Below are positions 15,401 through 28,950 of a stretch of 64,000 bases of DNA, piece by piece. Under the pieces are notes generated by a model. It did no database searches and had not been told where the DNA came from. It was given only the letters and a program-made list of their open reading frames with translations. Location: NCBI GenBank assembly GCA_964658305.1, contig OZ210885.1:7750001-7814000 (forward strand). The letters are read 5' to 3'. The position numbers and the translations under genes were made by a program. Within the stretch, counting starts at the first letter, position 1. The number at the start of each line of letters is the position of its first letter. This DNA is from Leptogorgia sarmentosa. Its lineage: Eukaryota.

Positions 15401-18400
15401 AGAAAAGTGTTAGAGTGATGGAAAATTATATTTCTTATTCCAAACTCATAAGCCTAATTCCTAACGTCGCAGTTGGTACTGAATCTTAGAAAGCTGACCC
15501 GCAGTAAGATGAGATCTCTGGAGCCCCCCCCCCCCCCACTCACCTGAAGTCAATGAAGTCGTGAATTAGTTGTCTTTCACAACATAGGAAAATATATTTT
15601 TTTTTATACAGTTGTGAACTGATATTAGGTTTTTGCCACATAATCATGCATGATTATACCAATTGAACAAAATCAGCCCTGAAAATGCCCGAAAACATGT
15701 TCGACGATGTCCCTTTCATTTTACCATAAACTCGATCCATTGCTATTCAAGACAACTTTTTAAAAAAGGTGTAAAATATCTCAATAATCGTCGCTCGTAA
15801 TACAAAGCAGTACAACTGTAAATGTTGTTCTTTAAGATGGCTTTCTGGGACTTTTGCGCGACTTATTTTCATGAAATGGCAAAACTTGCTGTTCGAGCCC
15901 TTTAACTCACTGAATTCGAAGTACTGAATTTATCATCCTTTTGAATTCAGTAATAATTTTGAAGTTCCGTAATGAGATGAAATACTAAAATGAGTGAAAT
16001 CGATCGCAATTTCCGTAAATGGTATCACAACATGCATGGTCGAATTATAAAGAAAATGTCTTTTGCAGTTTAAGACATACACAGAGCTTTTGTCATAACT
16101 TTTCTAGTGGTTTCTAGAACGTTTAAAAGCTTTATCCATAGATATAGGAAGCCTAGATTGCTGACTGTAGAATAATTATATGCTGACGCATGTGGCAAAC
16201 ATGAGCAATCCAAGATGGCTGCTCAACCGGTCAAATTAATAGGAGCTAGTATAGGGAAAACCATGTTTTTCCCATTTTACCACCGCATAAAGTTTCCGAT
16301 CACGTTCTAGCACCATTTTTTGGAAATAACTACCCGTGCTGAAGGTTTTGGATGAAAATTGAGCAATTTGAATGGAATTAACCCCGAAATAATCGATCGT
16401 CAAGTGCTCCCAAGGCAGTCAAATTGGTTTTTCAAAACGTTCGAGCCTATCAACCGGTAAACTAACTTATTTTTCTTCAACTAATCGTTGCCAGAAAGAA
16501 TATGTTTTGTAAACTTTGGCCTCTTGGATGAATTCCCTTCACGGACAACTCGGTCGCCGAAACGACGACTAAATATACAGTGAGAATTGTGGACGACAAA
16601 TCGCTTCCTGTTTCTCTCCCAACACGCCGCTTTCTATTTCTTATCTTTCACAGAAGTCCTATAGAATATTCCAACACCTCAAAGTTATCCAAAAGCTTCA
16701 TTCTTGACCTGAAATGTTTCGAACGAAGTCAAGTGACTGCCTTGGGCGCACTTGACGATCGATTATTTCGGGGTTAATTCCATTCAAATTGCTCAATTTT
16801 CATCCAAAACCTTCAGCACGGGTAGTTATTTCCAAAAAATGGTGCTAGAACGTGATCGGAAACGTTATGCGGTCGTAAAATGCGAAAAACATGGTTTTTC
16901 CCATACTAGCTCCTATTAATTTGACTGGTTGAGCAGCCATCTTGGATTTTCAAAAGTTGCCACACATTTTATACGGAGTCAGCAATCTAGGATTCCTATA
17001 TCTATGGCTTTATCATGAATCACACGGCGTCCATCTTCATGTGACCTCATTAGTTATTCAAGGCCAAATTTAAAAGGAAAAAGACGCCATTTTTGGAGGA
17101 AATTTATTTAGACCAATATGGCCGCCATTGGTTTATTTATGCATTACAGAAGCTTTGTTCAGTCATATTATTGCTCAAGTGTACGTATATTTTCGAAAAT
17201 AAAACGTAAAAACTAATCTGGAACGTATTAACTAACTTTTTATGCTCTTTCTACATCTTTAAAAACTGGCTTCCAGTAATCGCTTTGAGTAGCACGCATA
17301 ATATAAGTAACGAAACTTACTTTGCTTGTTAGTTATTATATTCACAATTAGTTTTGATAAATCATTATATCACAAGTTTTAAGCTTCATACAGAATATTA
17401 ATTTTTCCTTTTATTTTTTAAGGTGTGGAATTTGTCTGATGGCAGTGTGATCAATGGAATTGATAGCGATGGCTCACCTGAGATTGTTCGCTTTAGCTCT
17501 GATGGATTGCAAGTTATAATTGGATGCAAAGATAACCATGTGTTCATCTGGGACTGGCAAAATCCTGATGCGTCTTTGAAAGAAGTCATTTTACCTGCGT
17601 CCTATACAGTGGAAATAGCATGCGATCGCAACATGATTTACACATGCAGCCTTGATATGCATATTTGTGAAATCAATCTCGACTCTTTGCAAGTATCGAC
17701 TGTACGTCAGCGGCCGAGGGTCCCACATGTAATATCACCCGACGGCAAAGATCTTTTGCTTGGCTCGCTTCAGAAAAATGTGTTTCTCCAGTGGAAACTT
17801 TCAACTGATAGTTGGATCGACCATAATGCAGGTGGGTAAATCAAGGACTATTTGAAAATTCTAAATACTTTTAAGTCTTTGATGCGACTACAGGATTTTT
17901 TACTATATTCATAATAACAATAATTTATATGTGTGAAATATCCGTTTTAAATGAGAATATATTTTTCCCGAAAAACCACTGCATTCACTCGCGAATGAGT
18001 CAAATATTGAATTCGATTTACGTGTTAGCTCTGAAATTGTCTTGGCTAGGTTCACGGGCTATTTTCTGTTCTGATTATGTATTAAACGATTACGGAGAAT
18101 ACAATTAAAACGGTTTCGTCACGAGTATCTATAAACCTGTATCCGTTTTTACTCGTGTTGCATGTAGCGAAAGAATACCAAAACTACGAGATTTCAAAAA
18201 TTTCAACTTGCTATTTTTGATCTCATCTTTTTCTAAACGGGTATTTTGCTACAGTAAGTTTCCCATCCATGTGCCTTCACGACATGAAGGATGTCAACAC
18301 ATTGCAATTTCTCAGGCCATTTTTCGGCCGCTTTTATCTGCTGATTTCCAAATAAAGTTGAAGCCCGTATCATTCATGAGATTACTTCCCTCATTGTTTG

Positions 18401-21400
18401 AATTTGACGAAAATTAGACCATTACCAGAAATTTCAGACATGGTTGCCCTCACTTTTTGAATAAATTAACTTTACAAGTCAACAATGGTGCCGTGAAAGC
18501 TATTATAATTTACATAGCGAAGACGTTCAAAAGTTAGAATTTCTCGCCATACAAGCAAGCATAATGATTTGCCGCAATCTTATTGTGTAGAAAAATTATT
18601 ATTGGGTCCTTTGATATTCTATTTATCGCAATACGTCGTGCTTGATTTCTGCTAATTCCAATTTTATAAAGTCTATCGGCCATATATAGAATTGTATGGC
18701 TTTACGCAGGTTATGAACAGACAAAATAAAATTGGAATTAGCAGGAACCAAACTCGACGTATTGCGATAAATAGAATATCAAGGGATCCAATAATAATTT
18801 TTCTACACAATATGATTGCGGCAAACCATCATGCTTGCTTATATGGCGAGAAATTCTAACTTTTGAACGTCTTCGTTATGTAAATTATAATAGCCTTCAC
18901 GGCACCATTGTTGACTTGTAAAGTTAATTTATTCAAAAAGTGAAGGCTAACATGTCTGACATTTCTGGTAATGGTCTAAAACGAGCCTAACTAGTCGCGC
19001 TGTGCGAACATACCTCAAGATTTAAACCTCAGCTGGCGTTTTAGGGATTGGCTGTCAATTGACCTGGAAGTTATGTTCCTTTCTACTAAACTGTCTTTCC
19101 AGCTTAGTGTAAGACTGTTCTCAGCCCACTGCAAGTTTTTAGTCTAGAGTAAACGTATACATAATAGAGAAATCTAGCGATCTCAAAAATTTGAAAATAA
19201 GTAAAGAACAAACATCCATCGCTACAATTGGTAAAAGTGTGTCAAAATTAGTATAACTGCAATGATTGGGAACAATAAAAAACATATTATGGCCATTCAA
19301 ATTAAAGTTCGTGCAATGTACGTACAATATATCAGGTGAAAGTGATTGAATTTTGGATGAAATGGGTGTGATCTACGGCCGTTTTCCATTGCAGTCGCTT
19401 TGCCCGCACGGGCAGAGCAAACATGTTTCAACTTTTGCTATGGGTGTCTAATCTGAGCGTTCTCTGTCTAATTTTGCACGCGCGGACAAGTTAAAATCGT
19501 TTGCTCCACCCGCGCGGGAAAAACGACTGTAATGGAAAACGGCCTTTATTACATTATACTAGTCTTTTATTCACAACAGTGAATGACTTATTTTTGCGTT
19601 TTTGGTATCAGCGATGCATTTTCCTACCTGGATTTGAATACAATTTCTATTGCTGCACCTGTAAAGATTACTTGTCGTCTAAAGGATATTTTTCAATGAT
19701 TGGTAGGCTACCACGCTGAAGCGTCGCATACATGAATACTTCAAATAAAAATTTTACTTCCTTCATGCAGGTCACCCTGACGACTCGATAGTTACAGCAA
19801 TTGACATCACATCAAATGGGAAATTTGCTCTGTCTGGAAGCAGTTCGGGAACATTGTCGCTGGTCGACATAGAGTGTTCTAAAATAGTTCAATTCGCAAA
19901 GACCGAATCTGGAGTCGCCATACGTTTTGTCTGCTTATTAAGTGATGATGTCCGTTTCGTTTTTGTTGATGAGGTAAACAGAATCGAACTTAGAACGTTT
20001 GATGATATCGAGGCCAGTATGAAATTGCGTCAACCAGAAGTTAAAATCACCTGCATTACTGCTCTTGGTTCAAACTATGCATTGCTTGGTTGTGATGACG
20101 GAGAACTGTTATGGTTTCATCTTAGCAATAACTCGCAGTTGAAATTCCCAGCACACGAGGATGCTATTTCTCAAGTTAGAGGCGACGTAGGAGGTCATGA
20201 TCGTTCACGTCGCTTTGCATCGGGGTCTATCGGTGGGTCTGTGAAGCTTTGGAAAGTTGAAGAAAACTTGCCTACGTTAATATGGTCGCATGACAACATT
20301 TGTTCGGATTCCATTACCGCGTTAGAATTCGTGCCCCGCTCGGATAATATCGTAATTGCTTCTGACGACGAGGTATGTATATCATTTTCCAAACGAGATT
20401 GTCAAACGTTATTTTTAGGGCTTAATACTTGTTGTAGTTGAGCTGCACTTCAAATTTCATTTCCCGCAGTACATGAAAAATAGCAAATACCATGCTCATT
20501 GTGAAGCGCTTCTAGAAATGTTGCGAATTAACTTTGATCCAAGCATTATCTTGGAAATCGGGAGACAAATTTGGAAGAAAGCCCCTAGTTCAGCCCTTGA
20601 CTTGAAGAACACAACCAAATGAATGGTGGTGTTGAAGTCGTGCGTGCATGTTTGTTTTTCGCTGATCGATGTTTTTTGCACTGTGGAAAGTGTGAAAAAA
20701 AAGAAAAAACATGGTGTGCATGTCATTGTTACCGATTCCATGGCGCGAATCGCATTAAGATTAGATCTGTCCGTATGGTCAAGCGCGCTGACTGAGTTTG
20801 TTCCTACCTACTCGGTCTCGTTGTCCAATTGTTAAATATTCCCTAAACTAATAAAAGCGCGAAAAAATTCCAAAAACAGGCGTTCAGTTAGCCTAGGTAG
20901 TTTAATATACTCTGCAGTATCGTGCATCTGCATGGCACTACATTTATTTAAAAATTGGTACACAAAGTTTACATGTATCTGCGCTCAAGCTACCGGCGCG
21001 GTGATACAAACTTGTCAATGCGCGACTTGTTGGATCTCTCCCGAATACGTGTCACCTTGTATGTATAAAATAGTATTCCGCTAGCAAATAGCGCGACTGT
21101 TTATCCGAAATTACTTATTTCTGAAACGCGAGGTTGTGCGTTGAAGACTTGATATAAGATTTTATAAATATATCGCATTCCAAATATCAAATTGCAATGG
21201 AATTCAACTGGGCGACATACGATATGGCATATTTTAAATACCTCCTTCAAATTTATTCATGTTGTCGCGTCTTGCGATTGCTTTTCGAAATATGTGCCTT
21301 TCTTTTGACCAAGTTTACCCTTTGTATAAAATACTTACATACAACATATTCTGTCCATGTCTTTACATTGTCAATGTCGTTTTGAATTGCAATTGCGCAC

Positions 21401-24400
21401 TTACTGAGATGTGGAATATCAAAATTGATTGCCTAAACATTCGTTCTTGTAGACTACACTTTACAATGTATCGGTACAATCATTGCAACGTTGTTGGCGC
21501 AAAAACAATATTTTACGACTTTTTATTATTTAGTCGCAAATATTAATAACCCCCAGTCAGTAAAACTGATTATTTCAAAATTAAAAATTTCAGCTAATTA
21601 CATCATATCGAAATTTAAAGATAACCTGTGGATCATTTTACTATTTTCTGTACTATTTTCATTTTTTCGTCAAAAGCATGTTCGTTTTTTATTAAACTAC
21701 GATGAAAATTGGTTCGCGGCTCTTGCACTAACGTCGCCATTTTAAAAACTCAAATTTATTGCCGGGAAAGGATCACGTGATCGATATCTTCATAAATGAA
21801 GAAATGGAAAATATCTCACTCTTATACTGTGTGTTTTTTGGTATCTACAGTAACTTTGATATCTCTGTTATAAAACTACTCGACTTGGACAAACAACAAC
21901 TATTGAGCTATAGATAGTATGAAATTTATTTTCGGCTTAAAAATCATTGAATCAAGTTTCAAAATATCTTGATTTTCTGTATCATGGTTTCATGTGGTCA
22001 TGTAGTTTTATTACTATATCATATTTTTGTAATAATCGCAATCTTTTGTGTTAGGGTTAGGCTTGCATCGCTTTGAGCGTAAAAAAGTAAAGAACGTAAA
22101 TAGTGCTCAGTGCAGTACAGTATGCAAAATGTCGCATGCCTCAAGCTGATATTCATTTCAAATTCCCCAGTTGAAGCAATATACCTTTCCCATCCATACA
22201 AGCTGACTGAGATTTCTATGTTGAGTTTATATTCATAAGTATATTAATTCAACATCAAGATGATCTCAATACACGGAAAAGGACTTAGGCTAGTTGTCAA
22301 ATTCAAACCCATTTTTCAATTGAAATCTCGCATAATGTAATTTATTTCATTTCCATATTTTTGTCAGGGCTAAAGTTCTCATAACGAAACATAATTACAA
22401 AATTTCAACTAATAGTTTAATACAGAATAACAAAAGATATAATTGAGTGAATTTAGCAAAATGGATTTCTGTGCGGACAGCATTCTAAAACTCACACCTT
22501 TGTCACAAGTTCAATAAAAATTGATATGTTACCTAGAATTAACATATCATTAGATTATACAAACAACGCCTTATGCATAACCTGTGTGTTCGGAATCAAT
22601 TTCATCCAATAAATGTAGCACTAAAAGCCACCAAGCACTTATAGTCAAATTACTGGAATATTATAAACTGCTTTACACTTACAAAAATTTCAACCATCTG
22701 CAAGTTTCACAAAGAAATAATTCTTACAAAAAGAAAATAAATCTTGTATAACGTAAAGTTTGATCCACAAGCAGGAAAAACGGCGCGCGTGCCTTCCCGA
22801 ACTATTTTTAAAAACAAAGTAAGGGAAAAATAAGAAGATATGACTGAATAAACAAAAATATTGATATTTGGGTCATAAAAAAAAGGAAAGGGTATGACAA
22901 AAAAATTATCTGAATAGAAGGAGGAAAATTCGTACAACAGACACCAAAGTTAATATAAAATCTAACATGTCACAGCAATTTACTGGGAAAATAGATATAC
23001 CAAGACGTAGATTATGAAGCGAATTATATAATTCAACGCATCATATTTAAACTGAAGTAAACACCAATGCAACTGTATCCTTCTTGCATGGGTAACAAGT
23101 TAACCCGTGCGTAATAAACAATTTGAAAAGAGGATAATACATGTCAACATTGTGAATACAGTTAATTCTTATATTGATATCATTGTGGTCAATTCCGTTG
23201 ATTGTCAAAACTTTCAAGAACTGTACGAATTAAACATTAATTACACAGGCGTGTAGTAACTAGTAATTACAGCGTTCCGAGCCGGCGTTTATTTTAAAAA
23301 CAACCAAAACCTATGCAACCTATTAATTGCATATATGTTTGTTGAAATACCACTCGTGCATCGCACATATTACAGTAATTTAGCAGGATAATTTTACGAA
23401 ACATAACTGCTGAATGCTGATACGATAATTGCGAAACACAATACTTCATTTACATTTAAACTCAATGTTTCCTGCACACAAACAACCTCCCCCCAGCCTC
23501 GTACCTAGGCGCTTTTTAGCTTATTATCCAGACAAATATATACAGATCAGTTGTGATTGAGCAAGCGCGCGGAGAATCACGAGGAGGACGCGACGGGAAC
23601 GGGAAGCGCCTGGCAGAAAATGACCGATTTCTGGACAATTTCGACCGATTTCTGGACATAATAGTACTTACCGCTCAAATCGTTAGTTTTTGCATTTTTA
23701 TGACTTTAAATATTCTTATATGTGATCATCCATGGATGATTTGGAAAAATCTCTTCACGAACGTTTTTCGTAGAAAAAGTACAATTGAGTTTGCAAAGGA
23801 TCTTGTTGGTCAAACAATGTAATCCTTGTTTAATTTTTATGGATTTTTTTTATGTGTTTTCTTTACAGCACATATTTCATGGTTTATATACTCTTGTAGT
23901 GAATTTTCAATAAGACAACAATATTCTTGATATGAACACTCTGGCTACGCATGTGTATACATACAAATTTACATATATGTATATCACCAGGTGTTAAATG
24001 TGATTCAATAAATTTGTAGAGCCAGATGCTGCTAGCACTCCTGTGACGGGAAATCCCACATTTCAATATCTTAGCATAACTAACAGCTGTGTGTATTGGT
24101 CTATCAATTTTTGAGAGTAATTGTAAGATTTGCTGATTCTCCTCATTTGCATTTATGAATGATATAAAGTACGCATCCTCCATGTTTAGTGCATTTTCTG
24201 CCAGGCGCTTCCTCTTTCGCGTCCTCCCCATGATTTCCCGCGCGCTTGCTTAATCTACAACTGATTTGTATATATTTGTCTGGATTCTTTCTTAATCTTT
24301 CCCCCTAAAAAGCGCCTGGGTACGAGGCGGCCCCTCCCCCCCCCCCCACCCGACGATTTGCGCGCTTGCCTTCAGTCACTAATACTGCATGTGTAATTTA

Positions 24401-26958
24401 AATTCAACAATTCCAATTCTGAAGGTAATTTTTTCAATTACTTTGTGTTACGTTTCAAGCAGTTTCACGCAACGAAGCAAACAAACTTAGCACTCCGCAT
24501 CGGAATTTTTTAATTTAAAATACATAATAATAAGTGTTAAAACTTGGGAGACGTTCATCTTATTTTTCAGAGAAAATAACCAATGCAACAATGTTGTATT
24601 AAGCAGTAAATTATTATTTTGACAGGTTGCGCGGATAAATGCCAATGGAATTGTGCATCGTTCCAATTCAGTTGAGAGGCCTAGAATTGAAACAATTCGC
24701 GTGGTCCAGAACTTCCTTTTTGGTGTTCGTTCTTACAAGAGTGGAGTTGATAATGGAGCTAAAGTGGAAACATGGGTAATAAAGTGGAAACTGAACAAAG
24801 AGTGGGACGACAGGATTTCTCATGATTTTACCAGAAGAGTTTTAAGGGTGAACAATTCTGGCAGCCATGTGGCTATTTTAGGTAATTTATTTCATTTTTT
24901 AATCTCAATTGCAACAACGTGTGGTTGCGCAATTCTTCTAGTATCAGCACTGCCTTACTCTCCGACATTCCGTCCACGCCCTTGTTTCCCCGTCCACTGC
25001 ACAACTGCCGGGACACGAGTCTTTTCAAATCAACAAGAAGTTATCCAAGCAATGGAAGTAACATGCGAATATGCTGCATTTTGAACCTCCGAATGCGAAA
25101 CCTCCCGTGCGAATATACCGCATTCCAGTAGGCTTAACCTCACGTAACACCACGTGCATTACCCGTTTGACTTGCAACTATGTTATCTAACAAGTATTCG
25201 CACGGAAATTTTGAGCATTGCCAACAGCTTAGTCTGTATGTATTTTCCCCGAGCGAACGAGCATAAGACCTGGCGAGGGTACTAAGTCCGCCCGGCAATT
25301 TTCACCCGGGAAAATAAAAAAAACCCATGGCAAGTTGGAAGACCTGTCGTGGGTAGACCACCCACTGATCTGAGAAACACTGGATTATGCGAATCCTGCA
25401 ATTAAGCCTCACTCGTTTATGAGAAAATTGATACGAGCACTCTTTGCAGTCTTTCTTTAACTCAGTGGTTCGTGTCTTAACCAGTCAGCACTCAGAAAGG
25501 GTTGTCCGAATAGAAATCCATTTCGCTATATTCACTCGATTATATATACCTTCCGTTGTTCTGTATGAAACTAGTTGAATTTTTATAATTACGCTGACAA
25601 AAAATATGTAATCAGAATAGAGTATATAATGGCACAAATTCATTTGTTTCAATCGAAAGATGTATGCTACGCGACATCTAGTCTCAGTCCTTCTTTGTGT
25701 GTTGAGATAACCTGATCGATAGGCATGTTTCCACATTGGCTATATCGGTCAGCAATATTCCCTGACTAATAGACCCTTATGTCAGGGAGTTTTAGCTGCA
25801 TGTTACGAAACGTCGGATTTAAAGCTATGTTATTTTGATAAGACTCGCTGAAAATATTTGCAGATAAGTCCCTGTTTACTCTATTAATATTCCCTAATAA
25901 ATATGTTATGTAAAGAACTGCGAAAAGCGAGTTTGGTTGCAGTATACGTGAACAATTTCTAAGACAGCAAATTATATAACGTGCCCTCTGGACCCTACCT
26001 TCCCCACAGGCGCTTTATGCTTTTAATAGAAATTAGGAATTTGTGCGGGCTCAAGTCAAAGACGCGCGGGCAATTTTGACACTTGCGGGAAAATTGAGGT
26101 GTCAAGACGCGCATCCCTAAATTTACGCCCGCACCTATTACTAATTTCTATTAAAAGCATAAAAGTGACTGTTGAAGAGGCGGCTCGGTCCTCGAAATTG
26201 AATTGCCAGTTGCGACAAATTCCTTTGGGTAACATACCTGCAACATAAATCACAATGAAGCATAAATCACAATCAAAATCACGTCACAAATATTGGGAAA
26301 ATAATTATTCTGTATAACGCAGCCGTTAGATAACACGGCTAACATTCCAAGATCAGCTCGCAAGTGATGGCAAAAATTGATTCACGTGAAATTCCGATTC
26401 GATAAAATGGCTGTAAATCCAAATTAAAATACGTCTCACGTTGTACCAAAATTGTCTTGGGAAAGAACATTGGGTATGCACTGCGATCAAAATCTTTCTT
26501 CCGTAACAGCCACTATGAATATAAACCATGGCTATCAATCCAAAATTGATCGCAAAATTAATTGCCTCGCAAAATTAATTGCCTCGCGTAACATTGCCTT
26601 AACAGAATTAAAAATTTTAATCACACTTTTAGGTCAGGGTTCTTTGGCGATTGAGAACTTCATAACTGGAAAGGTTCTCTATAGATTTCCAATTGAATAT
26701 GCTGAATGGATCAGAGCGTTGGCATTAGCGCCTGGAAGCGAATTACTTTTGTCATGCTCGTATGAAGGCAAGACGCTGAAACTGTGGAACCTACCAAATG
26801 GAGAGTGTGTTGAAGAATTTCATTTCGACCGGTATGTTTTAGCCATTGCATGTGGCTCAAATGGAATGGTTTGTGTTGGCCTGGAAGGAGGTCGGGTCTG
26901 CTTCCTTCGTCTTAATAAGTTATCCTCGCATTCAAAACAACTGCAACCAGAAGGTTGA
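3223..26958 (+). CDS. Multi-exon WD40-repeat protein, C-terminal part (NACHT/WD40, NWD-like); 5' exons not in window
   Basis: Ten exons with AG/GT boundaries and compatible phases: 3223-3468, 6094-6312, 9464-9673, 11489-11732, 12551-12783, 13465-13574, 17423-17831, 19771-20372, 24626-24881, 26633-26958. They total 2855 nt (~950 codons) and end in TGA. Repeated GH..V..VA..S.S.DG.I.IW motifs are present. The first exon (GRLL..LIPEFSCLDLGGP) resembles the linker before the propellers of NACHT-WD40 proteins (inference). Confidence 0.9.
6094..6312 (+). CDS. WD40 gene exon
   Basis: Acceptor aaacag, donor g|gtaagc; encodes GREVQQLQGHSDDVSCLAVSQSGAILASGSPDGSTILW. Confidence 0.9.
8382..9041. repeat. 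Tandem duplication (~310-325 bp units, 8382-8705 and 8733-9041)
   Basis: Both units run taaaaatttgtatttcaactt(t/c)cggaaac ... caatgtagctatggtagagggt. Confidence 0.9.
9464..9673 (+). CDS. WD40 gene exon
   Basis: Acceptor ttgtag, donor g|gtatgc; encodes DKTIKLWKADTLNFEASLVGHTDRVRCV. Confidence 0.9.
11489..11732 (+). CDS. WD40 gene exon
   Basis: Acceptor ttttag, donor ag|gtgggt; encodes LVSASKNGTIKIWDL...ISGDDEGSVRLW. Confidence 0.9.
12551..12783 (+). CDS. WD40 gene exon
   Basis: Acceptor tttcag, donor g|gtatag; encodes LTASFDGSIRVWNL...VSASKDGTFKVWNL. Confidence 0.9.
13160..13255. repeat. Small imperfect inverted repeat (MITE relic)
   Basis: aacaagcaacaaaagttctactta ... tgagtagaacttttgctgcttgtt. 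Confidence 0.65.
13465..13574 (+). CDS. WD40 gene exon (short, absent from ORF track)
   Basis: Acceptor atgtag, donor aag|gtgtag; encodes GDLKWAKHVAVSADDRYVVSLSKDGNIFLDSTKSSIK; bridges phase 1 to phase 0. Confidence 0.8.
16137..17006. mobile_element. Non-autonomous TIR element (P/hAT-type), ~280-bp TIRs, 8-bp TSD
   Basis: Termini CATAGATATAGGAA...TTCCTATATCTATG; GCTTTATC duplicated at 16129-16136 and 17007-17014. Confidence 0.92.
17423..17831 (+). CDS. WD40 gene exon
   Basis: Acceptor ttttttaag, donor g|gtgggt; encodes VWNLSDG...IIGCKDNHVFIWDW. Confidence 0.9.
18415..18978. mobile_element. Foldback MITE, ~250-bp arms
   Basis: tagaccattaccagaaat ... atttctggtaatggtcta; the arms pair almost to the centre (~18665/18725); TA-type flanks. 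Confidence 0.88.
19376..19545. mobile_element. PIF/Harbinger-like MITE
   Basis: TIRs ggccgttttccattgcagtcg / cgactgtaatggaaaacggcc. Confidence 0.75.
19771..20372 (+). CDS. WD40 gene exon
   Basis: Acceptor atgcag, donor gag|gtatgt; encodes GHPDDSIVTAIDITSNGKFALSGS...AHEDAISQV...ASGSIGGSVKLW. Confidence 0.9.
23494..24330. mobile_element. Non-autonomous TIR element with ~125-bp imperfect TIRs
   Basis: gcctcgtacctaggcgctttttag / ctaaaaagcgcctgggtacgaggc, plus subterminal gaagcgcctggcagaaaatg / cattttctgccaggcgcttc; lies in a C-rich tract. Confidence 0.8.
24626..24881 (+). CDS. WD40 gene exon
   Basis: Acceptor ttgacag, donor g|gtaatt; phase 0 to 1 fits neighbours; encodes VARINANGIVHR...SGSHVAIL. 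Confidence 0.75.
26007..26171. mobile_element. Small MITE (CAG...CTG ends)
   Basis: tttatgcttttaatagaaattag / ctaatttctattaaaagcataaa inverted pair. Confidence 0.65.
26633..26958 (+). CDS. WD40 gene terminal exon
   Basis: Acceptor ctttag; encodes WIRALALAPGSELLLSCSYEGKTLKLWNL...VGLEGGRVCFL; TGA at 26956-26958; AATAAA at ~27078. Confidence 0.88.
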
Positions 26959-27762
26959 AGACTCAGGAGAAATTGCAAAATTGTCTGAAATGAATATTAA
27001 ACGTGGAAACAAGGATATGTGGAGTAGCAATATCAATATTTCTTGATAAAAAATACTCTAAAATGTACATAAAGTAAAATAAAGACTCAAAAAACCAAAA
27101 CCATTGAAATTAATGCATTTTTGGAATTTGAAAGCCCTTTGAATTTGAACTCGAAAAAAGGCGTAAAAAGTGATTAAGAAATTGAGATATACTTGTAATG
27201 TGCGTCCGGAATGATTAAAACCAAATTTTGAATAGACTAAAATACTGGCTTGGAAAATTAGCTTAGCTTAGGGATTAGCGCGATGCTAGGGCATTCAAAG
27301 TCAAATAATCAATGGTTTGCGTGTTTTTTTTGGGACACGCTGCATGCAGACTAATATTCGATTATGACTATTTTTACCAAAACAACCAGCATTCTAGGTA
27401 TTTCGGAGTCTCAAAAGTAGAGATATTGAAAACTAGTTGAATGTTCCAGTAAAATTATTACGTAATAGGCGCAATGTGTAGAATTTAATGATCTGATCTT
27501 CCTAGAGTTGCAAACGTATCTCCATCCCTCTTACAAGTACGTTCCAACAAAAACTCCAGGAAGGGTATAGGAACGTTTTCAACCTAGTTGTAAGGTCCAA
27601 ACTTCTCACAAGGTGTTACCAAGGTTTGCGGCAAATCAGAAAATTGTGAACATTTAAAACCTCTAGATGGCCGGAAACGACCATCTACCTCTTTGGTAAG
27701 GTAATTTAGGTGTACGAATCAAAGATCGCTTTCATTAAGTATTATGTTGCTGTATAACTTTT

Positions 27763-28212
27763 ATAATAAGCAATTATTGGATGAGGCTGAGCATGATATC
27801 AAGAATTATTCAGACCGAGGTCAATGTTATCTGCCGAAGCGAAGCTGAGGCGGATAACATTGACCTCGGTCTGAATAATTCTTGATATCATGCGAAAGCC
27901 GAATCTAATAATTGTTTTATTATACATTTAAAAGAGAGTTCACTTTCATTCAGCGAAGCAAATCTGCCGCAGGCCATTGTTTGTTTGTTTGTTTTTTCGC
28001 GCGCTTTTAGCCTCAAGCTTTTGACAGCGCTGGGGCTTGGGCACGAGAGAGTCCAATAATTTTTTTTTTGGATGCAAGTTCGATCCAAAAAAATAATTAT
28101 TGGACGCTGATGACGTCATCGGCGGAAAATACGTAATAAATACCGAATACTGAGAATTAGCCGGTGCTTTCTGACCAATCAGGAACGAGAATAAATTTTA
28201 AATGTATAATAA
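27763..28212. mobile_element. Non-autonomous hairpin + subterminal-IR element (Crypton-like or Helentron-like), copy 1
   Basis: ~140-bp terminal hairpin with GCGAAGC at the apex, then the IR pair ttattatacattta / aaatgtataataa; ATAATAA direct repeat at both ends; highly similar to 62665-63124. Confidence 0.8.
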
Positions 28213-28726
28213 TTACTATTGTCACAAGTAAAAGAAAACGAGAAATGGTTAACAGTGGGGGACAGTTATATAGTCTCCCCCAAGCCAAAAATTCGAGGAC
28301 CCCACAGGATTGACACCTTTATAGAGTGTTTGGCACACGTGATTAGCTCATTTGTCATCACGTACCTTTGGCAAAATATAATGTTCTAACACCTCGCATT
28401 TTTTTAAATATTCGTAATTCAGAATCTACGTGAAAAGAAAGATACTGTAGTGCAAAAAATTGAGTATCAGTTCCGTGCGAAAATAGGCAGACTTCGTCTT
28501 TTCGTTGACTTCGACTGTTTCGTCTGTATGGTTAACTTTCAAACCTCGGTCTTCATGTCTTGACATTGGCCTCGGTTTGATATTTACTGTGCACACCTCA
28601 TGCTTGGTCAGTAGGTACTTGATTTTTCACCATATTCCAAGGTATCAGCGATCAATGGCTATATTTATCCCAAGTGTGGGTCGTTCTTAACTGATAATTA
28701 AGATGCAATTTTCACAGTAAATCTTA

Positions 28727-28950
28727 AGGCTGTTTTCCAGTTACGCCTTTTTCGTACGTACGTTCGTATAAAAATTAGTGAAATTGATTTCAACGTTAGT
28801 TTCTATGCAATCACATGACTACATGTAAAGCATCTTGAATGATGTAGTATGTGTTTCTAAAGGTATTTTATTAATAGAATGAAATATGGAGAGATTTAGA
28901 CTTTTACGTGCATACACGAACGTGTAAACCGGGTAATTGGAATGCAGCCT
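28727..28950. mobile_element. Degenerate PIF/Harbinger-like MITE
   Basis: TTA|aggctgttttccagttac ... gtaattggaatgcagcct|TTA. Confidence 0.6.
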
